A stretch of 57,752 bases of DNA from Candidatus Micrarchaeia archaeon (GTDB taxonomy: Archaea; Micrarchaeota; Micrarchaeia; Anstonellales; JAHKLY01). The notes under the pieces were generated by a model, which worked only from the letters and a program-made list of their open reading frames with translations, searched no databases and was not told the origin of the DNA. A program made the translations under genes and the position numbers. This document shows, in pieces, positions 1-8,821 of the stretch. Numbering within the stretch: position 1 is the stretch's first letter; each line of letters begins with the position of its first letter. The DNA lies in the NCBI GenBank assembly GCA_041653315.1, contig JBAZFO010000004.1, forward strand, positions 1 to 57,752, read 5' to 3'.

Positions 1-122
1 GATTGAGTAGCCCGCCTTGACCCGGTAAACCGCCTGTGTCGCCTGTTGCTGCATTATCGGCCCCTTAAACGCTGAACTCCACGTCGTTAACCTGAGTCAC
101 CGGCAGGATGGCGGCGGCCATG
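1..122. repeat. Terminal direct repeat, copy 1 (identical to 57631-57752); circular-assembly overlap or terminal redundancy
   Basis: Read base by base: gattgagtagcccgccttga...gcggcggccatg occurs at both window ends; ORFs continue cleanly across the junction. Confidence 0.95.
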
Positions 123-487
123 AGGATGATGACGGCAGCGCCTTCCATAACCGCCACTCCGCCCGTATCTAGGACCCGGAGATAGCGTTGCCGTTCCCGC
201 AGGTTCACCCGGCCCACGTAGACGGTGTTGTCGTTGCTTGCGGTAATGGCCGTGAAGGCGGCGTCGGTAACGTCGGCGTAGGCGTCAGCGACGGCGTTGT
301 CTCCCGATTCCTGGACCTTAAAGACGTGGGAGCCAGACCCGGTTACTGCGCCGGCGGCAATAACAATCAGGGCCTCATCGAAGCCCCGACAATCCACTCC
401 GGCACCCTCATTGGCCCCGACCTGGAGAGACTGAGGTAAAAGGCTATGAATCGCCTTGATTTCTTCGTGTGCGGTATATTTCGGCAT
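65..487 (-). CDS. Putative head accessory/decoration protein (140 aa)
   Basis: ORF immediately downstream of the major capsid gene on the same strand; Ala/Gly/Val-rich; function inferred from position only. Confidence 0.4.
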   Translation of the reverse strand: MPKYTAHEEIKAIHSLLPQSLQVGANEGAGVDCRGFDEALIVIAAGAVTGSGSHVFKVQESGDNAVADAYADVTDAAFTAITASNDNTVYVGRVNLRERQRYLRVLDTGGVAVMEGAAVIILMAAAILPVTQVNDVEFSV

Positions 488-568
488 TTGCGTTTCTCCT
501 TATGCTATATGGTAACGGGGACCGGAACCCTCTCTGGCAGCCTGACCCCCTTTCAGGGTTTATCGGGG

Positions 569-1819
569 TTAGGCCGCGGCGATCCGGGCGGTGTTGCAGA
601 GACAGAAGCTCTCGGCGTGCCGCAGGGCGATGTCCACCTGAGTGATGATCCGCACCCAGGTCTGATCGAAGGCGAAGGAAGTACCGGCCACGTTGGAGCC
701 CAGGATTTCAAACCCCAGCCACTGGCCGATGAGCATTTCCGCCCAATTGCCGAAGAAAATCTCCGTGCAGTTGGTGGAGCCGCCGGTCACCAGGTTAATG
801 GGGAGTTCCGTGGTGTTGGCAAAGGGATAACCCAGGACCGCCTGCAACTGCGCATCGGTCAAGGGCAGCATGGGGTACTCGCCGCCAGTGTCGCCGGAGA
901 AATACGGGTTACGCAACTTCTTGAGCACCCGCTTGATAGCCGGATGGAAGATGAAACCCAGCTTGCCGCGCAGGGCCTTGTCAACCGACAGTTCATACTC
1001 CATGTCGGGCCAGGGATTGACAAAGTCGGGGACTGCCCCGGAGCCGGTGCCCAGGGTCACGGTATTGATCCCCGAAGTATTGGCCACCCCCAGGGGCTGG
1101 TTCTCGGAACCGATGCCCCGCAGGCCCGCCGTGTCCACTGCCAGGGCCGCGCCCATCGCCAGGTCCTGGCGCACCATGGATTCAGCGTCCGGGCTGGACA
1201 TGCGCACCAGTTCATTGCTGATTTGCACCATGCCGGTGAGTTTCTTGGGCACCATCTTGAGCTGGCCGACTTCCAGCATGGAGGCGATGATTTCCTTGTT
1301 TTCGCCGGTCCAGTAGAAGCTGGCGCCGCCAGTCTGCTTAGCGAAGACCACCGGGGCGCTCACCAGGCCGGAAATGAGCCGGGCACCCATGCGCACACAG
1401 ACAGCCTCTTCCCTGAACATCTCGATAAACTCCGGCATGGCTTGCATGGGGACCAGATAGCCGCCTTCGCTGTCGGTCCCGGTGCTCATGGCTTTGGTGG
1501 TTTTGAAGACCTCCGCCTCCAGGCCGGCACCGAAAGCGTCCCATTCATCCATGGCCTTGCCGGAGCGGATAGCCCGCAATGCCCGGCAGATGGAGAAAGA
1601 CTTTTTCTCCAGGTCCAGCCCGGGCACATCGGCCCACTTACGGGTCTTGCCCTGGGTTTCGATTTCCTTGAGGCGGGTTTCCAGTTCCCCGTATTTGGTC
1701 TGGAGTTCGGGGAACATTTTGAAGGCGTCGAGAATGGTGAGGGGCTTGTCGTCAACACCCTTTACCGTCTCGGCGAGTTTGGCCTGAATATCTGCGAGGA
1801 GTTCCTTGATTTTATCCAT
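569..1819 (-). CDS. Major capsid protein, HK97 fold
   Basis: N-terminal coiled-coil delta-domain-like MDKIKELLADIQAKL, size about 416 aa, follows the prohead protease; AGGAG 6 nt upstream of the ATG at 1819. Confidence 0.85.
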   Translation of the reverse strand: MDKIKELLADIQAKLAETVKGVDDKPLTILDAFKMFPELQTKYGELETRLKEIETQGKTRKWADVPGLDLEKKSFSICRALRAIRSGKAMDEWDAFGAGLEAEVFKTTKAMSTGTDSEGGYLVPMQAMPEFIEMFREEAVCVRMGARLISGLVSAPVVFAKQTGGASFYWTGENKEIIASMLEVGQLKMVPKKLTGMVQISNELVRMSSPDAESMVRQDLAMGAALAVDTAGLRGIGSENQPLGVANTSGINTVTLGTGSGAVPDFVNPWPDMEYELSVDKALRGKLGFIFHPAIKRVLKKLRNPYFSGDTGGEYPMLPLTDAQLQAVLGYPFANTTELPINLVTGGSTNCTEIFFGNWAEMLIGQWLGFEILGSNVAGTSFAFDQTWVRIITQVDIALRHAESFCLCNTARIAAA

Positions 1820-1827
1820 ATCGGCTC

Positions 1828-2949
1828 CTATGATTTGCACACCGTAAGGTGCAGGTTTTGGGTTAAAGTGCGCAGTTCTTCTATTTCCGCTCCCGCTTCT
1901 GCTTCTTCCGCCTCTCCCGCTTGTCTCTCCCCATGAGGCTGTTCGCCGGGGTTCAACGCGAGAGAGTAAATGCTTTCTTTTCCGGTTTTATTTTCGGGTG
2001 ACGCGTCCTTGCCTTCTTCCGCTGCCGCCGAATCCAGAACCTGTTGGATCATGGCTTGGGCGTTCTTTAAGGCCGTCTTGTTCTTGGCGGAAAGGACGGC
2101 CCCGGCTTTGGAAATAATCGAAATGTCGAGTTGCTTGTCGAATTGCTCATGAAATAATTTCAGGGAATCCTTTCTAATCGCCTCAAGCTGCTTTTCATCT
2201 AGAACCAGGGACATTGTGAGGGGGACCTGTGCTTTGGTTTCGGCAAGCTCGGCCCCAAGGTCGGCCACCTTTTTGCGGAGGTCCGCAATAAGGTCTTCCC
2301 CGGTCTTTTCGTCAACAGGCGCACAGATATGTACCGTCCCCGCCGGAAATTCGGCCCCGCAGGTCCTGCATTTGCAAGTTCCGTATTCCGACAGATCAAG
2401 TGCATTGGCCTGATCTTCCGAAATCACCCCCTTCTGCACCGCATTCATCAGGGCGTAGGGGTTCGCTGGCACCGGCACGGCGGAGAGTTCGTAGAGGTCC
2501 TGCTTCGTGTATTTGGTGCCCGTCCGGGGCCGATAGCCCTGTTCATCCGGTTCGCCCAAGATCGGCTCCCATTCCATACCCTGGAACCCGACAGAGGTGG
2601 CCCGTAAGAAGCCTCCCAGGTAGAGCTTGTAGACCGTCTCCGGCGTCGGGACATGGGAAGGCCAGCCGGCTACGTTGACTTCTTCATCCTTGGGAAAATA
2701 GACTTGGAAGGCCAGTACCCCGTCCGCCTTAGCAACCTTCCGGGTCGTACCCACCGGGGGGACGCTGTAATTGTGAGCCCACAGGAACTGAGGATTTTTC
2801 AGGTAGTGCTTCAGGTCCCAGCCTTCCACCTCGATGATATCGCCGTAGCGGTCCACGTCCGCCGTGGAGCCGATGAATTCCAAGATCCGATCTTCCGGGT
2901 TGCCGACCTGGCGGACCTGAAAATCAAGTGCCTTGTGGGTTAGCTTCAT
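1828..2949 (-). CDS. Prohead protease (HK97/S78 family) with C-terminal scaffold-like coiled coil
   Basis: FIGSTADVDRYGDIIEVEGWDL...NPQFLWAHN...LYELSAVPVPANP motifs; AAGGAGG upstream of the ATG at 2949; C-terminal half is charged and helical. Confidence 0.85.
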   Translation of the reverse strand: MKLTHKALDFQVRQVGNPEDRILEFIGSTADVDRYGDIIEVEGWDLKHYLKNPQFLWAHNYSVPPVGTTRKVAKADGVLAFQVYFPKDEEVNVAGWPSHVPTPETVYKLYLGGFLRATSVGFQGMEWEPILGEPDEQGYRPRTGTKYTKQDLYELSAVPVPANPYALMNAVQKGVISEDQANALDLSEYGTCKCRTCGAEFPAGTVHICAPVDEKTGEDLIADLRKKVADLGAELAETKAQVPLTMSLVLDEKQLEAIRKDSLKLFHEQFDKQLDISIISKAGAVLSAKNKTALKNAQAMIQQVLDSAAAEEGKDASPENKTGKESIYSLALNPGEQPHGERQAGEAEEAEAGAEIEELRTLTQNLHLTVCKS

Positions 2950-3199
2950 GGCCATCCTCCTTCTCATAAATCGGCGTTAGCCAGGTGACGGGGGTGGAGA
3001 CTCTCTCGCCTACCTGGCCGAATATGAAGACAAATTCCTTGGTTTCGGGGTCCTGAAACGCATTAACCAGGTCGAGCCCGGCAGGGACGGCATCCTCAAC
3101 CAGTCGAATCCTGAAGGTTTCCCCGGAAATCGTGATCCCGGCCTTGAACAGGATAGCCAGGATATGAGGGTTGATCTTGACGCCGCAGCGCTCAGACAT
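2924..3199 (-). CDS. Hypothetical protein (91 aa) between portal and protease
   Basis: ORF in operon frame, overlaps neighbours by a few nt. Confidence 0.5.
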   Translation of the reverse strand: MSERCGVKINPHILAILFKAGITISGETFRIRLVEDAVPAGLDLVNAFQDPETKEFVFIFGQVGERVSTPVTWLTPIYEKEDGHEANPQGT

Positions 3200-3434
3200 C
3201 CGCAGCCCCCTTCTGGTAGGACCGCCGCACCGCCGGCGTCATGTTGGCCCAATCTTTCGGATATCTGATCTTCATGGCCGGTTGCCGCCGCGGGGCCGGA
3301 TTGATGGTCAAGGGCGCCTCGCAGGTATGACAGGGGAAATCAGGAAGACAGAAATCGCTCAACTGATTTTCGAGGCAATGAAAGAAGCTCATTTCCACCC
3401 CATAGCCCTTGCATAAAAATCGGTCAGCGCTCAT
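3192..3434 (-). CDS. Hypothetical Cys-containing small protein (80 aa)
   Basis: ORF tightly packed after the portal gene; start overlaps the portal stop. Confidence 0.45.
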   Translation of the reverse strand: MSADRFLCKGYGVEMSFFHCLENQLSDFCLPDFPCHTCEAPLTINPAPRRQPAMKIRYPKDWANMTPAVRRSYQKGAADV

Positions 3435-6400
3435 TATTCACCCACCACAGGAATGCCCACGCAACGGCAGTTGTGTGAAACAAAACCTTTGGCGATATAG
3501 CTTTCATCTTCTTCTACTGCAAAGTTATAAAGACGGCGCGATTTTTTAAGTCCCCATATCTTGACTTCCGTAATCTCAACCGCTACCTGCTCATAAGTTC
3601 CGGCATGGTTGAGGGTAAGTAGGTTAAAATATTCCCATTCAGGACCGCCCGGATTACCGTAAAAAACGTGCGCTATCTGATGATCTGGATATTGGGTCAA
3701 AATTTCAAGATCGCGGCGACGGTCTTTCTGCTGGTCAGAATGGAAAGCAGCAGAATCGCATTCAATGAACAGTTTGTCTTCCGGACAATAAAAATCTATC
3801 CGGCGACGGCCTATGCAGAATTGTTGCTTAAAAGGGAGCCCCTTCTTTTTAAGAAACCTAGCCATACTTCTTTCCAGGCTTGAGCCTTTCCATGAGGCGC
3901 GCCCCATTGCCTTGAAGGCCCCAGCTTTTAACATCTCAAGCCGAGAACCCCATTTTTGCTCAATCCCCCTCAACACTTTTTTATGAAAATCGCTTCCTGG
4001 GGTTCGGTCAACCGCGGCAAAAAACCCGCCTGGGCCATATTTGCCAAAGGCAACTTCCCGGGCCTTCTTAGTAATTTCATCCGGTTCCCTGACTCCTGCC
4101 GCATATTCTCGATTTAGTTGAGCACTGGTTTTTCGACTTATATTTTCCCGGTGGGCCGGGCTACTCCATTGCCCATCGGTAATCTTCTTGCTCAGACAGG
4201 AACGGTTGCAGTAGCCAAGCCAATAAGGAATTGGGGCGCCGCAATATTTACAGAAAGCGGCCATGACCATGATCTTGTTACCAGGCTGAATATCGTGGGC
4301 ATGTTTCCAGGAACCGTCAGCCATTAAAAAGCGGTGGTTTGGCGTAATGGTTATGCCACGCTTGCTTTTTTCCCGGTCTCCTGTCGGAATTAGCCTAATT
4401 ACTTCGCCCATGTAAGACAGTTGGGGAGAAAGGCGGGTGACTTTTCTAAAGCGGTTTTGGTGAGTCAAAACCATATCCCCGGGGCGAATCTTGCCAATAG
4501 ATTTCCATCCACTATCCGTAAAGATTGGAATTTGGTGATCAACAAAGCAGCTAATCACTTCCCCCGCCGTGCCCTCCGGGTCGCAAGGATACCGGCAGCC
4601 GTTCGGGAAGGTCTGTCCCCGCTTACGCTGCATCCCGGCCTGCGCTGCATGGGTGTCCCGGACCTCGCCGTCCCCCGCCGTGCCCCACTCGATGTTTTCA
4701 ACCTTGAGCTTGTCCATGGCCGCATCACGGGCCGCGGCCATGCACTGGCCCGTTTCGGTCCTGGCGATGGTCAGGCTCCGGGATTCAGTGAAATTGAAGA
4801 CCTCGCGAACGCGCTCCTGCAACTGCCCCGCCGACTCGGTATTTGCCAGCCCCTCAGAGATAGTCTCCCGGAGCTTTTCCCGGGTCAGGTCGTTGATCTG
4901 CACGACCTTGATGAGCTTGTCCTGCAATACCTCCAGGGCGGCGCTGTCCTGAATGACGAACTCGCCAGCATCAACGCCCAGCTCGGCGTAAATATCGCTC
5001 CCGGCTTCCTGTCCGGCGTTCAGGTAGAGCGGCCAGATTTTAGCCCTGAGCTTGCCGTTTGCCTCTGTCAGGTTAAACAGGAGGTCGTCGGGGTCCATCG
5101 GAGTTTCCCGTACAAGGCCCTTGTCGCCCAGCTTGTCGGAGATGAGCTTGAGCTGGAGCTTGCGCTGATCATAGAAATAGCTTTTGATCTTCCCCCGGAA
5201 TTTCTCTTCTATGGCGGTGCGCAGCTTGTTGTACTTCTGCCAGTAGCTCTTGGCGTCGCGCCGGGCCGGGGCCGGGAGGGCCTTGCGGGGTAAGTCCTGG
5301 ACTGACAATACCTGTGCTTTCTGAGGTTCGGCGGCCGGGGCCGGGGCCTGAATTGAACCGGCCGGCTGCAAGTTGAAAGGGAGGTAACCAACATTGCCGC
5401 CGTCGATCTCCGGGAGGCCCATGTCCAGATGCTCGTTAATCACGTTGGCCGGGTAGCCCATAGCGAACAACTTTTGAGCCTGGCCCAGGAGTATGTCCCG
5501 ATCTTCCTGTAGGGCCGGGATGGATTTGCGGTCGAACTCCGGCCAGACCCCCCCCGTGATGGTATGGCAAAGCTGGCCCCATAACCCCATTTCAATCAGG
5601 GTCATGTACGGGTCGAGGGTTGTCTCCCAAAAGCGTTTCCGGGCCACCTTATCCTTGGCGTAGGACCCGGTATCATCCTCGATGCCAAGCTCGCCTTTGG
5701 GGACCTTGTAGATGCCGCCCAATATTTCATCCCGGTTGAGCTTGCGTCCCTCCAGGAAGAGCATGTCAGATTGGGATATACCGGTCTGTTTATAGGTGAT
5801 CCCGCCTTCCAGGAGGGCTATCTCATGGGCCTTATCGACGCCCTGGTGCCGGTCGTTCCATTGAGCCAGGAGACGGTCGAACTCCTCTTGTATGAGGTTT
5901 TCTTTACTCTCCAGGACCCCGCCCGGCTGTGCCCCGTTGACGAAAAAGTTCCGGTTGTATTTGGCGGCGTAGTAATCCTGTTCAAGGCTCAGTCGGGCAA
6001 CCTCAAGAGGGGAGAGCCCCCGGTAATCATCGTAGGGATTGAACCGCTTGATATGGACAACCTCATGGGGCAGTAGCGGGAGCGGCTTCGTCTTACCACG
6101 ATAAATCCAGCCCCGGATCAGGCCGCCCTCGCCGGGAACGTGCTGAAAGCGGCCCGGATGAAAGGTCCAGATTTCCTTGGGAACTTGGGTGGCATTTTCC
6201 CGGTCCAGGATATAGATAGACTCCCCGGTGATCCCCAGGAAGATCAGGGTAGCTTCGATAAGCTGGTACGTGCTCATCATGGGATTCGGAGTTTCAAAGA
6301 GCTTCACCAGGGGGCCGGACTCGACCAGGCGCTTGTCCTTTTTGGTACCGGTGTAGAAGCTCAGGGGCACCCCGGCGATGTTCTGGGAGATGGCATTAAC

Positions 6401-6634
6401 ACAGGCATAGACCCAGACGTGTTGGGCGTAGGGGCGCGTGACGCCGCTCAGGAGGTGCGACCATCCGGTGAAGGGAGTGGCGAAGAACATCTGCTCGATG
6501 GCGCCGAAGTTGGGGGAGGTGAGGGTGGCGGGGTCGGCCTGGCGCACTACCAGGTCACGGCCTGCCCCAGCGCCCCCGTCTCCGAAACCGCTTAATCTCT
6601 GGATGTAGTCGAATCCCCGGCTGATGAGTCCCAT
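3434..6634 (-). CDS. Portal protein fused to a Mu F/SPP1 gp7-like head-morphogenesis domain, interrupted by an intein (1066 aa precursor, 706 aa after splicing)
   Basis: Portal-like N-terminal 450 aa; MuF-like TIARTETGQ...W.TAGDGEVRDTHAAQAG...CRC at the C-terminus; 360-aa Hint insertion before CRC. Confidence 0.85.
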   Translation of the reverse strand: MGLISRGFDYIQRLSGFGDGGAGAGRDLVVRQADPATLTSPNFGAIEQMFFATPFTGWSHLLSGVTRPYAQHVWVYACVNAISQNIAGVPLSFYTGTKKDKRLVESGPLVKLFETPNPMMSTYQLIEATLIFLGITGESIYILDRENATQVPKEIWTFHPGRFQHVPGEGGLIRGWIYRGKTKPLPLLPHEVVHIKRFNPYDDYRGLSPLEVARLSLEQDYYAAKYNRNFFVNGAQPGGVLESKENLIQEEFDRLLAQWNDRHQGVDKAHEIALLEGGITYKQTGISQSDMLFLEGRKLNRDEILGGIYKVPKGELGIEDDTGSYAKDKVARKRFWETTLDPYMTLIEMGLWGQLCHTITGGVWPEFDRKSIPALQEDRDILLGQAQKLFAMGYPANVINEHLDMGLPEIDGGNVGYLPFNLQPAGSIQAPAPAAEPQKAQVLSVQDLPRKALPAPARRDAKSYWQKYNKLRTAIEEKFRGKIKSYFYDQRKLQLKLISDKLGDKGLVRETPMDPDDLLFNLTEANGKLRAKIWPLYLNAGQEAGSDIYAELGVDAGEFVIQDSAALEVLQDKLIKVVQINDLTREKLRETISEGLANTESAGQLQERVREVFNFTESRSLTIARTETGQCMAAARDAAMDKLKVENIEWGTAGDGEVRDTHAAQAGMQRKRGQTFPNGCRYPCDPEGTAGEVISCFVDHQIPIFTDSGWKSIGKIRPGDMVLTHQNRFRKVTRLSPQLSYMGEVIRLIPTGDREKSKRGITITPNHRFLMADGSWKHAHDIQPGNKIMVMAAFCKYCGAPIPYWLGYCNRSCLSKKITDGQWSSPAHRENISRKTSAQLNREYAAGVREPDEITKKAREVAFGKYGPGGFFAAVDRTPGSDFHKKVLRGIEQKWGSRLEMLKAGAFKAMGRASWKGSSLERSMARFLKKKGLPFKQQFCIGRRRIDFYCPEDKLFIECDSAAFHSDQQKDRRRDLEILTQYPDHQIAHVFYGNPGGPEWEYFNLLTLNHAGTYEQVAVEITEVKIWGLKKSRRLYNFAVEEDESYIAKGFVSHNCRCVGIPVVGE
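3470..4549 (-). mobile_element. Intein (360 aa) with DUF559/Vsr-like endonuclease domain
   Basis: Starts at Cys (tgc at 4549-4547, CFVDHQIPIF), TxxH block (TPNHRF), ends ...GFVSHN followed by +1 Cys (CRC); internal RRRIDFYCPEDKLFIECDSAAFH motif; more AT-rich than the flanks. Confidence 0.85.
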
Positions 6635-6819
6635 ATAGGAAAAACTATCGGGGAAAAAATCATATTATGTCACAGGGCATTTGTGATTTTGGGGATTTTT
6701 ATTGATGTAGGGTAATGGATTGATTATTCAGGCGAACTCATTTTGTGGAGAGGGTATTTTCCGGGCCAGGACGGCCCTTGGGATTTTTTGGCATGATATT
6801 TGACGTGGGGGTTTTGAGC

Positions 6820-6854
6820 AAAAAAAAGAGCCGGAGCCCCGAAGGGCCCCGGCT
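6820..6854 (-). terminator. Intrinsic terminator after the DndC-like gene
   Basis: Minus strand AGCCGGgGCCCttcgGGGCtCCGGCT hairpin followed by a run of 8 T. Confidence 0.75.
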
Positions 6855-6860
6855 GAAAGT

Positions 6861-6900
6861 GTTACGTCATGTGGCGTCATGTTACGTCATGTCGTGACAC
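6861..6900. repeat. Three and a half tandem 10-bp units (GTTACGTCAT/GTGGCGTCAT/GTTACGTCAT/GTCGTGACAC)
   Basis: Exact 10-bp phasing read directly; straddles the stop codon of the DndC-like gene, just upstream of the terminator. Confidence 0.8.
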
Positions 6901-7904
6901 TGCGCCACACCGAACAACATGGGTTGGGTGTTGTCGGGGATATTGTGAATCTCCCGATCTATCTGCCAATGATTTTTTATAAGCGACTCTTCTGCCGGAG
7001 TGATCAGGTCCCAGCCGGTGAGTTGTTCCACCTGCTTTAATTTGGCATAGAGCTTTTTTCTGATCTCCACCAGGAAGGGGCCGCAACCGACCGTGCCGTT
7101 TCGTCTGATCCGGGAGCGGTAGGCCTTGGTGTTGGCCGTGTTGACCAGGATTTCCTTGAATTCCTTCAAGGCGTGGTAGCGTTCGGCGTCCTGGGTATGA
7201 AAGCCGATCAATTCGAGCTGAGTGGATTTCTGCAGCGGGCAGGCCCAACAGCCATACCGGGCGTTGCCGACACAGACGCCGGCCTTTTCGCCATAGACGC
7301 ACTCGTCCGAAGAGTATTTATAGACGTTGATCAGGTCGGTATGGTCGCCCCAGGGGCAGGGCTCTGTCATGAGGTATTCCCAGACATCATGAGCGGTCCA
7401 GTCCAGGATAGGGGCGTAATGGTTCGGCTTGTAATTCTTGGCCTTGTATATCCTGGCCCGCAGGGCGCTCTCAGAGCTTCTGACCCCGACAAAGACGGTG
7501 TACTCCTGGCCAGCGGTAACCTGCTTGATGTAATTTTTGATCGGGTCTATTTTGAGCTTCCCCGTGCACCATCTAAAACCCATGTGAGCGGCCGGGTAAC
7601 CCATGCCCAGGACGGATACCCAAAAGGAGCCGCTTAATTCAGGGTGGACCGTGACCAGTTTGGCATTGATGCCGACCTGATCGATATAAGCCTGGATGCG
7701 CCCTTTGGTATGCTCGACATATTCCTGGAAATAGGGAATTTCCATGAGGGTGTCCGACGTGACTATATGCAGCGCCTTGCCGGTCCCCGCAATGGCCGTA
7801 ATGGCCCCTTGCAGAACAACCGAGCTGTCTTTCCCGCCAGAAAATGAGACGATGTTGACCTCCCGCAGTTGCTGGCGAATTTCATTGATCATTGTACCGC
7901 TCAT
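6882..7904 (-). CDS. PAPS-reductase/ATP-pyrophosphatase family protein, DndC-like (340 aa)
   Basis: PP-loop SFSGGKDS near the N-terminus; C-terminal Cys cluster CVGNARYGCWACP, resembling the DndC RFGCWxC motif. Confidence 0.7.
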   Translation of the reverse strand: MSGTMINEIRQQLREVNIVSFSGGKDSSVVLQGAITAIAGTGKALHIVTSDTLMEIPYFQEYVEHTKGRIQAYIDQVGINAKLVTVHPELSGSFWVSVLGMGYPAAHMGFRWCTGKLKIDPIKNYIKQVTAGQEYTVFVGVRSSESALRARIYKAKNYKPNHYAPILDWTAHDVWEYLMTEPCPWGDHTDLINVYKYSSDECVYGEKAGVCVGNARYGCWACPLQKSTQLELIGFHTQDAERYHALKEFKEILVNTANTKAYRSRIRRNGTVGCGPFLVEIRKKLYAKLKQVEQLTGWDLITPAEESLIKNHWQIDREIHNIPDNTQPMLFGVAQCHDMT

Positions 7905-7905
7905 T

Positions 7906-8097
7906 TCACTGCACCGCCCTTGCCGCCTCTAAAAACGCCTCAGCAGCTTGCGAGTCCACGACTTCAAAGACAATCTCATCTCCGGAGCCGTCTTCAAACT
8001 TGGCTATGCGACGGCCCAGGTCATCCGTCCAGGCGCAGATAAAACGCCAATTTTGGTCAAAGGTGATCGTGATGATTTGCTGCCCATTATTTCCCAT
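7906..8097 (-). CDS. Hypothetical protein (63 aa)
   Basis: ORF packed between neighbours on the same strand. Confidence 0.45.
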   Translation of the reverse strand: MGNNGQQIITITFDQNWRFICAWTDDLGRRIAKFEDGSGDEIVFEVVDSQAAEAFLEAARAVQ

Positions 8098-8437
8098 TCT
8101 TAATCTCCGGTTCCTTCATAGGGCACCTAAACCGCGGACAGGCACAAATCTCGCATACACACTCCCCGGTTCCGGTACAGACTTCACGGTAATTAGGGCA
8201 ATCTGATTGCTTCGTGATGCTGTCCTTGAAAAACTTTGCATCGGCCAACCAATACCGGATGGCATAGCCGATAGCGTCTTGCATTTCATGACACACATCG
8301 AACAGGGATTCTTCTTCTTTGAGGTTGTTGTTAATGGCATGGTAAATTTCTTTATCGCAAACGGAGGGGAACCGATGCGCCTCAATCGTATCCGCCGCCA
8401 GTAGCAGTAGATATTTAAGTCGGGGACGGTCAATCAT
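8087..8437 (-). CDS. Hypothetical Cys-rich protein (116 aa from MIDRPRLK)
   Basis: C-terminal CPNYREVCTGTGECVCEICACPRFRCP cluster; internal start chosen because upstream codons overlap a small membrane ORF. Confidence 0.45.
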   Translation of the reverse strand: MIDRPRLKYLLLLAADTIEAHRFPSVCDKEIYHAINNNLKEEESLFDVCHEMQDAIGYAIRYWLADAKFFKDSITKQSDCPNYREVCTGTGECVCEICACPRFRCPMKEPEIKNGK

Positions 8438-8444
8438 TGGTTTA

Positions 8445-8552
8445 TTACCTCCACGGCCTGATTGCCAGGGACAACGCCGTCCCGATGAGCCAGACAAAGA
8501 CAAGGACGAATCCCAGGAGGGCGCAACAGGCTACTATACCCATGATGTTCAT
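8445..8552 (-). CDS. Small membrane peptide (35 aa, MNIMGIVACCALLGFVLVFVWLIG...)
   Basis: ATGA start/stop overlap with the upstream ORF; single hydrophobic helix; below the 60-aa track cutoff. Confidence 0.35.
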   Translation of the reverse strand: MNIMGIVACCALLGFVLVFVWLIGTALSLAIRPWR

Positions 8553-8764
8553 GATTTGGGTGCGCATGGGCGCTCCTTCCCTGCCCTGAGTCCTTCCATA
8601 ATAGCCCTGCTTATCGCCTCCTGCGCCTCATTAAGGCACACCGCACACAGAGCTATTATCCCATCAATATCAACCGTAGTGGCCAACTTGCCGCAGCGAT
8701 CGCAAGAAAACTCGGTTTCGAACTTCTCGCCGTCCCATTTGTTGGGCAGGACTTGCAATGTCAT
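8549..8764 (-). CDS. Zinc-ribbon-like small protein (71 aa)
   Basis: CDRCG...CAVC pair of CxxC motifs. Confidence 0.5.
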   Translation of the reverse strand: MTLQVLPNKWDGEKFETEFSCDRCGKLATTVDIDGIIALCAVCLNEAQEAISRAIMEGLRAGKERPCAPKS

Positions 8765-8821
8765 AAGACCTCCTTAAACCCGGCCTCTATCGACCGGGCT
8801 TGTTTTGAACTGTGGTTATGT

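Noticed and set aside
1-122. Biological direct terminal repeat of a linear virion genome
   Set aside because: The repeat lies within or between tightly spaced structural genes rather than in a non-coding terminal region. An assembly overlap of a circular or permuted genome is more parsimonious, though this is not excluded without read-end data.
446-1936. 496-aa plus-strand ORF, and many other long plus-strand ORFs (for example 4421-5293, 10236-11009, 15830-16747, 44547-45305, 48808-49509) lying antisense to minus-strand genes
   Set aside because: They mirror well-supported minus-strand genes with clear family motifs and have Gly/Arg/Ala/Pro-rich low-complexity translations. They lack RBSs and are the shadow ORFs expected in GC-rich coding DNA.
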